From contig OY970350.1 in assembly GCA_963718045.1 (NCBI GenBank), positions 30,001-62,000 on the forward strand: a stretch of 32,000 nt of DNA. Reading direction: 5' to 3'. Below, piece after piece: positions 7,344-13,685 of the stretch. The notes below the pieces were generated by a model, which was not told where the DNA came from, did no database searches, and saw only the letters and a program-made list of their open reading frames with translations. Numbering within the stretch: the stretch's first letter is position 1; every line of letters begins with the position of its first letter. A program made the translations under genes and the position numbers. The stretch is from Candidatus Saccharimonadota bacterium. Lineage in GTDB: Bacteria > Patescibacteriota > Saccharimonadia > Saccharimonadales > UBA4665.

Positions 7344-7787
7344 ATGTTAGATATATTAAAAAGTAAACTTTTAATCATCGTGGCTGCACTTATGATGAGT
7401 ATTCCGGTGATAGTTCCAATTCAGGTGTCAGCTAGTGTCAAATGTGATAATATAGGCGGCCAGATAAACAACGGCATTAACTCTGCTGTTAGTAGTAATG
7501 TTGCCTGTGGTACTGGTGGGAGTATCGATACTGGCGTAGAATCACTGGCTAAAAAAGTAGTCAATATCTTTTCCTTAGTTGTAGGTGTTATCTCAGTAAT
7601 AATGATCATTTACGCTGGACTGAGATACATAACTTCTGGCGGAGAGAGTGGTGGAGTATCAGGAGCAAAAAATACTCTTCTCTATGCGGTTATTGGTTTG
7701 ATTATAGTTATCCTAGCTCAAGTTATAGTTAGAATCGTTCTTAACCAAGGCACCAGTATTAGCAACACTGTAACTTCTGGCACTTAA
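7344..7787 (+). CDS. VirB2/TrbC-like T4SS pilin paralog 6 (S/T-rich C-terminal tail)
   Basis: 147 aa, with its own SD (GGGGGG, 7333-7338) after an 83-nt gap. It has a signal-like N-terminus and a Cys pair (VKCDN...VACGT). The core KVVNIFSLVVGVISVIMIIYAGLRYITSGGESGGVSGAKNTLLYAVIGL is nearly identical to that of paralog 5. Confidence 0.75.
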   Translation: MLDILKSKLLIIVAALMMSIPVIVPIQVSASVKCDNIGGQINNGINSAVSSNVACGTGGSIDTGVESLAKKVVNIFSLVVGVISVIMIIYAGLRYITSGGESGGVSGAKNTLLYAVIGLIIVILAQVIVRIVLNQGTSISNTVTSGT

Positions 7788-9031
7788 CTCTGGACGTAAG
7801 TAGTTAATAAGTAGAAGTTTGTAACACCTGATCCTAGTAGAAGTATTTTCATGCCTGTAGAGAGATTACCGGTATTCTTACGGTAAATCATCATTAGCGC
7901 CAGGAAGAGGGTTGGCATGAAGTCGAGAGTATAGCGGTAGCCAAGCTGGTCTGCCCCATCGCCGAAATAGCAGAGTACTATCAAAAGACCGACTAATGAA
8001 GAAATAACTAAGTATTTAGCCTCTTTGGGATATTTTGACCATCTTTTGGTAAAGAAATATAAAAGCCACGGTGAAGTAATAAAGATACTTACACCCAACA
8101 TGTTATTTTCTACCCACGGGAATTTCAGGCTCCATGAACTGCTTGAGGCTAGTTCCTGTGACGGTGCCCTAAAGAGTAAGGTATATAAGTTAGTTGGGAT
8201 GTGATCCAATGAGAAAACACCCATTGATCTTGCTTCAGAAGAGCCCTGAGATAACAGCTGATATTGGTTGCCGTTATCTAGAGGGCTGCCAAATCTTTGC
8301 AGGTTATATACTCCCATAAGCAAGACGGCTAAGACTACGAATACTCCCAACTGGAACAACTCTTTAAACTTGACTCTCCATTCTTTCTTAGCCATGGCTA
8401 TAGCAATAACGTAAAATACTAAAATACTAGCTGCCGGTATTCTGGTTAGCAGTAAACAGGCAGACAATAGTCCTATTAACCACCACCTTTTCCTGTTCAT
8501 ATATTCATATAACGACCACAAGGCCAATAGTGTGGCAACAATCTGGGCATATAGCCAGCCGCTTGAAACACTACCGACGCCCATAAAGACTGAACCTAAG
8601 GTAAAACCAAACATCCAAATCAGACTATCTGTGGCCGAAAAGCCAAGCTTTCGGGCCATTTTATATACCAAGTAGCTAATACTTAAAATTATCAGCCACT
8701 TTATATATCCCTGATAGAAAAATATGTGCCAGATATTAAAGAAGGCTACAAAAGGCATTAATATAACAGCCGGGAATGGGCCTTCATCCCAGTAAACCTT
8801 GCCATTGTAAAGAACGGGGTCTTGCCCTACCCCGCCGATAGATTGAAGGAAATAAGTGTGCCCGTGATCAAACGAATTAGCAAGAAGTGAAAACTGCTGG
8901 CTGCCTTCAGCAGCAAAGCCAACACATATGAGGGTAATATATAAGATAATTGGTACGCAAAAAATCAGAATCTTTTTAGTCGTGCTTTTATCTACTACGA
9001 AAGTTTTTTTCTGGAATAGTTTTTCTTTCAA
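7784..9031 (-). CDS. Polytopic membrane protein, GT-C-fold glycosyltransferase-like (ArnT/PMT-type)
   Basis: 415 aa with roughly 10 or more hydrophobic helices. The first extracytoplasmic loop has the pattern DPVLYNGKVYWDEGPFPAVILMP seen in ArnT/PMT-like GT-C enzymes. It uses a TTG start at 9031 preceded by SD GAGGTGG. Family assignment is by pattern recognition only. Confidence 0.55.
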   Translation of the reverse strand: MKEKLFQKKTFVVDKSTTKKILIFCVPIILYITLICVGFAAEGSQQFSLLANSFDHGHTYFLQSIGGVGQDPVLYNGKVYWDEGPFPAVILMPFVAFFNIWHIFFYQGYIKWLIILSISYLVYKMARKLGFSATDSLIWMFGFTLGSVFMGVGSVSSGWLYAQIVATLLALWSLYEYMNRKRWWLIGLLSACLLLTRIPAASILVFYVIAIAMAKKEWRVKFKELFQLGVFVVLAVLLMGVYNLQRFGSPLDNGNQYQLLSQGSSEARSMGVFSLDHIPTNLYTLLFRAPSQELASSSSWSLKFPWVENNMLGVSIFITSPWLLYFFTKRWSKYPKEAKYLVISSLVGLLIVLCYFGDGADQLGYRYTLDFMPTLFLALMMIYRKNTGNLSTGMKILLLGSGVTNFYLLTTYVQS

Positions 9032-9049
9032 GGATCCACCTCTTAGAGG

Positions 9050-9068
9050 CAGGACAGGATTTGTCCTG
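9050..9068 (-). terminator. Intercistronic hairpin between hsp20 and the GT-C gene (weak or partial terminator candidate)
   Basis: A 7-bp stem CAGGACA/TGTCCTG with a 5-nt loop begins 2 nt after the hsp20 stop. No U-tract follows, and the SD of the next gene sits directly downstream. Confidence 0.3.
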
Positions 9069-9070
9069 GC

Positions 9071-9553
9071 TTAAAGAACTTCAATTTTCTTAACCGTATC
9101 TTGTTTAACTTTACCGAAACTAATGGTTAGGACGCCGTCCTTTAAAACTGCTTCAATCTCTTCTTCCTTAACAGGTACAGGCAGGGCTATGGTTCGTGAG
9201 AATTCGCCCCAGTAACATTCTTGAAGGAAATAGTTCTCAACGCCCTCTTCGTTACCGGCGTTAAGAGTACCCCTGACTGTCAGCTGATTGTCTGAGATGC
9301 TGACATCCAGCTCATTCTTGTTGACTCCTGCAGTCCTGGCTTTAACAATAAGCTTCTCTTTTGTTTCATAAACATCGACAGCCAATTGTCCCGGGACACT
9401 GTCTTCTTCGTCCCACTCCTCAGCAGTTGGCCCTTCAGGGGCAGGCTGAGTATCGTTATTAGTGTTAGTTGCAATGTCTTCTTCACCAAGAAAGGCAGCA
9501 GCTAGTTCATCATCTTCTTCTAAGAGAAGATCGTCATCGCGGTGTCGCGCCAT
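9071..9553 (-). CDS. Small heat-shock protein, Hsp20/alpha-crystallin family
   Basis: I start it at ATG 9553 (MARHRDDDLLLEEDD...), which is preceded by SD GGAGGG 9 nt upstream. It has an acidic N-terminal region followed by an alpha-crystallin domain: GQLAVDVYETKEKLIVKARTAGVNKNELDVSISDNQLTVRG...LPVPVKEEEIEAVLKDGVLTISF. Confidence 0.9.
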   Translation of the reverse strand: MARHRDDDLLLEEDDELAAAFLGEEDIATNTNNDTQPAPEGPTAEEWDEEDSVPGQLAVDVYETKEKLIVKARTAGVNKNELDVSISDNQLTVRGTLNAGNEEGVENYFLQECYWGEFSRTIALPVPVKEEEIEAVLKDGVLTISFGKVKQDTVKKIEVL

Positions 9554-9556
9554 AAT

Positions 9557-9599
9557 AGTTACCCTCCAAAATTTATATACCTTACTTTTTAGGGTTACT
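9557..9599 (-). promoter_or_regulatory. Candidate SD-sequestering hairpin (RNA-thermometer-like) in the hsp20 5' UTR
   Basis: On the mRNA strand, AGUAACCCU (9599-9591) can pair with AGGGUAACU (9565-9557), giving 8 of 9 bp with one A-A mismatch. This covers 4 of the 6 SD nucleotides. An A5/U4 pair of runs inside the loop could extend an imperfect stem. Confidence 0.35.
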
Positions 9600-9619
9600 T
9601 GCCTTTTTGTATTTCCTGT

Positions 9620-9649
9620 AGTATAGCTTAGCCTTTCAAGCAAAAGCAA
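9620..9649 (-). promoter_or_regulatory. Predicted hsp20 promoter (TTGCTT-18-TATACT)
   Basis: On the minus strand, the -35 TTGCTT (9649-9644) is separated by an 18-nt spacer from the -10 TATACT (9625-9620). This predicts a leader of about 60 nt that contains the hairpin. Confidence 0.4.
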
Positions 9650-9739
9650 CCGATCTAAAGCTATTTACAACATAATTAATACAACACCCTTCTTATGACT
9701 AACTTTATGTAGCTTGAGTTTATGGGTTAGAATGTACCT

Positions 9740-10297
9740 ATGGCCATATCAAAGAGTGAGGATAAGGGTTTTAGCTTTAACGCAAATAAAGACAAAGAAG
9801 ATAAAGAGAATGCTTTTCAGCCTGATGGCAAAAACGAAGAGCCGTTATTTAACTGGTCTTCACCAAATGGCTTTTCTAACAGCAAGAACATTATCTGGTA
9901 CCTTGTGTTAATAATCGTTACCTTAGGTCTTTCCGCTTTGATATATTTTTCCACTAAAGATAAGATAACCACGGCTGTCATTATTGTCAGCGGCATACTT
10001 ATCGGTATTTATGCTTCAAAGAAACCTCGTGTTGTTAATTACCAATTAACTCCAAACGGCTTTACAGTAAACGGCCGTTACTATAACTTCAGTAGTTACC
10101 GCTCATTTTCAGTAGTCCATCACGGTGGCTCAAGCAGTGTTGTGCTTACGCCGCTTAAAAGATTTATGCCATATATGTACATTTATTTCTCTGATGACAT
10201 GGCAGAGAAAATAGAAGCTGTTCTCACAGGGGTATTACCCAAGGAAACATCGCGCCAAGATTTCATAGATAACTTACTCAGGAAGATTGGCTTTTAG
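9740..10297 (+). CDS. Hypothetical membrane protein (two TM helices plus C-terminal soluble domain, possibly bacterial PH-like)
   Basis: 185 aa. It has a charged N-terminus, two TM helices (IIWYLVLIIVTLGLSALIYF and TTAVIIVSGILIGIYA) and then a domain of about 90 aa. TAGAAT (9728-9733) lies 6 nt upstream of the ATG and there is no SD. Confidence 0.65.
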   Translation: MAISKSEDKGFSFNANKDKEDKENAFQPDGKNEEPLFNWSSPNGFSNSKNIIWYLVLIIVTLGLSALIYFSTKDKITTAVIIVSGILIGIYASKKPRVVNYQLTPNGFTVNGRYYNFSSYRSFSVVHHGGSSSVVLTPLKRFMPYMYIYFSDDMAEKIEAVLTGVLPKETSRQDFIDNLLRKIGF

Positions 10298-10347
10298 ATA
10301 AAAATCAGGAATAATATATTAATCTTGGGAATCCTAGGTTAATTCCT

Positions 10348-10437
10348 GGAGAGGTGACCGAGTGGTTGAAGGTAGCACTCTTGAAAAGTGCCATATCGGC
10401 AACGGTATCGTGGGTTCGAATCCCACCCTCTCCGCCA
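10348..10437 (+). tRNA. tRNA-Ser (anticodon UGA), CCA encoded
   Basis: It folds by hand. The acceptor is GGAGAGG/CCTCTCC, the anticodon arm is GCACT-CTTGAAA-AGTGC (anticodon TGA), and there is a long variable arm. The T-arm is GTGGG-TTCGAAT-CCCAC, with discriminator G and a terminal CCA. Confidence 0.93.
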
Positions 10438-10453
10438 TATTTACTAATTGTAG

Positions 10454-10531
10454 GCGCCCGTAGCTCAGCTGGATTAGAGCGCATCCTTGCGGAGGATGAG
10501 GTCGTAGGTTCGAATCCTATCGGGCGTACCA
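10454..10531 (+). tRNA. tRNA-Arg (anticodon GCG), CCA encoded
   Basis: It folds by hand. The acceptor is GCGCCCG/CGGGCGT (G1-U72), the D-arm is GCTC-AGCTGGATTA-GAGC, and the anticodon arm is CATCC-TTGCGGA-GGATG (anticodon GCG). The T-arm is GTAGG-TTCGAAT-CCTAT, with discriminator A and a terminal CCA. Confidence 0.88.
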
Positions 10532-10601
10532 TTTGTAGATAAAGGCACATAAAATGTAAAATCGTTAATTTCCCTCTATTTCTATAATTATTAACGGAAT
10601 A

Positions 10602-10630
10602 TTGACATTAATACGTTAATTTAGTATACT
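10602..10630 (+). promoter_or_regulatory. Predicted Fic promoter, TTGACA-17-TATACT, leaderless geometry
   Basis: TTGACA (10602-10607) is separated by a 17-nt spacer from TATACT (10625-10630), which is followed by 6 nt and then ATG 10637. There is no SD. Confidence 0.6.
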
Positions 10631-10636
10631 CTAAAT

Positions 10637-11506
10637 ATGATTAGTACATATAATCGAAACAGAATTGCTAGGCTCAAAAAAGAATTCGAGCAACTTAGAA
10701 TTGGCAAAGATTCGCTGCTCATTTTATTAGAGGAAGCCGAGCTACCAGAATTAGTATATAACTCTAACGCTATTGAAAACTCTACCCTAACACTTAAAGA
10801 GACAGAGCGAATATTACTTGAACTTGAAGTTGCTAGGAATGTAAGCGTACGGGAATTATTTGAGGCCAGAAACCTAGCTAGAGTTATTGAATATTTGCAA
10901 AATCATCAAAACCTCGAGATCAACAAAGAAAATATCCTTTTGTTACACCGAATGCTTATAGGTGGCATTAAGGATGAGATCGCCGGAAGATTTAGGAGAA
11001 ATGACGAATATGTGCGCGTTGGAACGCATATAGCTCCTGCCCCGGAACATATTGAGCAATTGCTTGATAATCTTTTGGTTGAATATAGGAGCGCGGATAA
11101 TAGTTATTTTATAGACCGTATTACATACTTCCACTTGGAATTCGAACGCATTCATCCATTTGTCGATGGTAATGGACGGATTGGGAGAGTACTGCTAAAT
11201 TTACAGCTCAAACAACTTGGTTATCCACCAGTTATTATCCGAAGTAAGGGCAAGATCGATTATTATTATCCGGCATTTATTGAATATCAGGAGCTCAAAC
11301 ATACTAGTCGGATGGAGCATTTGGTTATGTTAGCAACTATCGAATCCTTGAATAAACGTTTAACATATTTACGCGGGCAAAACGCAGTAAAACTTGCTGA
11401 CTATGCTAAGACAAAAAAACAATCCATAAATACCCTTATCAATGCTGCTCGGAGGCAAACAATTCCTGCCTTTCGAGAAAAGGGTGTTTGGAAAATTGGA
11501 ATATAA
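10637..11506 (+). CDS. Fic family protein (class II, intramolecular inhibitory motif), with C-terminal excisionase-like HTH
   Basis: 289 aa. It has the Fic active-site motif HPFVDGNGRIGR and an N-terminal inhibitory-helix motif SNAIEN, which matches (S/T)xxxE(G/N). The C-terminus KLADYAKTKKQSINTLINAARRQTIPAFREKGVWKI resembles an excisionase/MerR-type HTH. Confidence 0.88.
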   Translation: MISTYNRNRIARLKKEFEQLRIGKDSLLILLEEAELPELVYNSNAIENSTLTLKETERILLELEVARNVSVRELFEARNLARVIEYLQNHQNLEINKENILLLHRMLIGGIKDEIAGRFRRNDEYVRVGTHIAPAPEHIEQLLDNLLVEYRSADNSYFIDRITYFHLEFERIHPFVDGNGRIGRVLLNLQLKQLGYPPVIIRSKGKIDYYYPAFIEYQELKHTSRMEHLVMLATIESLNKRLTYLRGQNAVKLADYAKTKKQSINTLINAARRQTIPAFREKGVWKIGI

Positions 11507-11673
11507 CTGCATTTTCATAAACTTGTGGCCCTACCCAAATCTCCGGTAATAGCAGTTCTGACTTCTCGGACTACGGTGTACCATCAAGCATTTTGATCCC
11601 TGTTAATCATTTTATTTACTAGTTACATCAACCTAAACTCTTATGCTTCAGAAAGAGAAAATTGTCAGTTGTC

Positions 11674-13446
11674 TTAGAGATTGGCGTTGTTAGGGATAAT
11701 GGGTTGATTGGCAGTACAAGCCCTGGGGTCCCAGGCAGACAAGGGCTGGTTAGCTGGGCTAATTGTACCCAGAGACGTCGTAGTAGACGAGGTACTGTTA
11801 GCGGCGTTAGTTAGAGTTGCACTCGATGTGCTCGAACCAGTGCTTGAGCCTGTTGAATTACTGACGCCATTAACTGTTGTACCGCTACCTGTTTGGACAG
11901 TTACTTCAGCACCAGAACTAACCATACTGGCATTCTGGGAGAGAACGACATAGCCGCTTAACTTTGAGGCAACTTTCAGGGCATCTGCCTCAGTTGCTGA
12001 ACCGGCATAATAAACGATTGTTTCCTGAGCCTGGTCACTGACAGGTGTAACAGTTGTTGGCGTGCCGGTTATAACAAAGCCTAATTTTTGCAGATCATCT
12101 GAAGTAACTAACGCTTGGCCGGTTACACCGCTGCCATTAACGACGTTAACCAATATTGTTTGAGGTTCAGGCAGCGGTTTGCCGTTCATAGTGTCAGTAC
12201 TACTTGAAGCACCTAAAAACTTATCTATAATCTGCTGATCCGTCTGTTCTACGGGGAACACAATGTCGCCCATATCTACCCCACCGTAATAGTAAGTACC
12301 AAAACCGGGGCTAGCTACCGGCAGTGTGTACTGGGGGATAGTGTTAATATTGGCACTATGAAAATCATCCATGAGTTCTAACATGGTTGAAGTAGACAGG
12401 CCATTATCTACTTCTATCTGCGGGGCAATGGCATCGATTAATTTCTGGTCGGTTATTGGGTTACCAACACCTTTTTGGCTAACATCTGAAGCTAGAACTC
12501 TTAAGAATTCGTGGGTTCGGGCTATCCGGGCAATATCACTTTGTGCCTCCTGGGGCCAATAATTGACGTCACTGGTTGTAATATCGGCAGGCTTGTACTG
12601 CAAGTGCCTAGATCTAACTACTTGCAGGGCCTCTACACCATTTAACTCATGACAGCCTGGCTGCTGGACGTTCAGGTACGACTCTGAATCATAGACTGGC
12701 ATCGGGAAGTCCATCTTAATCCCGCCAACAGCATTGACAATGTTTACAAAGCCGTCAAAACCAACTTCAGCATAGTGTTGTATTGGTATGCCGAAATCTT
12801 CTTCGACTGCATTCACAAGCTGGGTTGGCCCCTGGTAAAGAGCGGCGTCTATTTTAAATGCCTCGTTGCCAGACCGGGCATTAGGCACAAAAGTGTCCCT
12901 TGGGATGGACAGGAGAGAAACAGTATGCGTCGAAGGCACTAAATGAACAATGAAGATAATGTCACTGTTTACACCTGTTACACGTTCTGAGCAGAAACCC
13001 CACTCGGCATTCTGGACCTTCAGATTACAGCGGTTAGTTGAACCAGCTACTAAGATGTTTTCCGCCCCGCCAACTGATGCCGTTAGGTTACCGACGTCTA
13101 ACTTATGCAGTTTATGGTACAGCTGCCAAGCGTCCCACGCTCCAGTTCCGGCGGCAATTAAAACGATAGCCAGTACTACTAAGGCAATTATCTTCTTAAT
13201 GCTTCGCTTTTTCTTTACTGGCTCTGTTTCAGCTGGTCTGGGAGAACTTAATGGTTCACTGGGCTTAATCTGGGCTGGGATTGTGGTATTAAGCAATGAC
13301 CCGCTACTGGCCATTTTAGCTATTGAACGGGCTTCTGGGGTTTTTAAATTATCTTTGGTACCGGCAATCGGTTCAGGTTTTTTATTCTCCCTGACTATAA
13401 AGCCATCGATGCTATTAGGTCTTCGCCGTGGTTTGTTATTTTCCAT
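11674..13446 (-). CDS. LytR-CpsA-Psr (LCP) family cell-wall glycopolymer ligase with LytR_C domain and S/T-rich tail
   Basis: 590 aa. It has an N-terminal TM anchor (IIALVVLAIVLIAAGTGAW) and the LCP core with LLSIPRDTFV. A LytR_C-like segment follows (ILVNVVNGSGVTGQALVTSDDLQKLGFVI). The C-terminus is S/T-rich and low complexity. An extended -10 TGaTAAAAT (13467-13459) lies 12 nt upstream of the ATG. Confidence 0.85.
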   Translation of the reverse strand: MENNKPRRRPNSIDGFIVRENKKPEPIAGTKDNLKTPEARSIAKMASSGSLLNTTIPAQIKPSEPLSSPRPAETEPVKKKRSIKKIIALVVLAIVLIAAGTGAWDAWQLYHKLHKLDVGNLTASVGGAENILVAGSTNRCNLKVQNAEWGFCSERVTGVNSDIIFIVHLVPSTHTVSLLSIPRDTFVPNARSGNEAFKIDAALYQGPTQLVNAVEEDFGIPIQHYAEVGFDGFVNIVNAVGGIKMDFPMPVYDSESYLNVQQPGCHELNGVEALQVVRSRHLQYKPADITTSDVNYWPQEAQSDIARIARTHEFLRVLASDVSQKGVGNPITDQKLIDAIAPQIEVDNGLSTSTMLELMDDFHSANINTIPQYTLPVASPGFGTYYYGGVDMGDIVFPVEQTDQQIIDKFLGASSSTDTMNGKPLPEPQTILVNVVNGSGVTGQALVTSDDLQKLGFVITGTPTTVTPVSDQAQETIVYYAGSATEADALKVASKLSGYVVLSQNASMVSSGAEVTVQTGSGTTVNGVSNSTGSSTGSSTSSATLTNAANSTSSTTTSLGTISPANQPLSAWDPRACTANQPIIPNNANL

Positions 13447-13685
13447 AAACGTTAATAGATTTTATCATGCCCCTTAACTTTTCATCTTGTTAAATATTAG
13501 GTTAGAACTCGGTAGTTATGGACGATCTGTAGCTGCTAATAAAGTAATTTAAGTATATCACCATAAGCTCTTTTAACCGGGGCAAACATCTCAGGCTATT
13601 TAAGGCCTTTAGAGGGGTGGGATATGTATGAACATTGATTTCCACTTAAGCTTATTTAACGTGGCTAGGAGGGCCTAATATTTGC

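Noticed and set aside
9554-9649. N-terminal 32-codon extension of the hsp20 ORF (track start 9649)
   Set aside because: The extension runs through the predicted promoter and leader. ATG 9553 has a strong GGAGGG SD at ideal spacing, and the sHSP homology begins there.
10305-10550. 81-aa minus-strand and 62-aa plus-strand ORFs
   Set aside because: They coincide exactly with the two tRNA genes (Ser-UGA, Arg-GCG). They are translations of tRNA sequence.
12950-13477. 175-aa plus-strand ORF (and 11708-11953, 12371-12562) antisense to the LCP gene
   Set aside because: They are embedded in a gene with clear LCP motifs on the other strand. They have no recognisable domains or ribosome-binding context.
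13447-13685. 239-nt intergenic region examined for an sRNA, riboswitch or small ORF (for example the 16-aa MNIDFHLSLFNVARRA at 13628-13678)
   Set aside because: I could find no convincing conserved-looking structure, terminator or known RNA motif by eye. It contains the LCP extended -10 promoter. The small ORF has no support.
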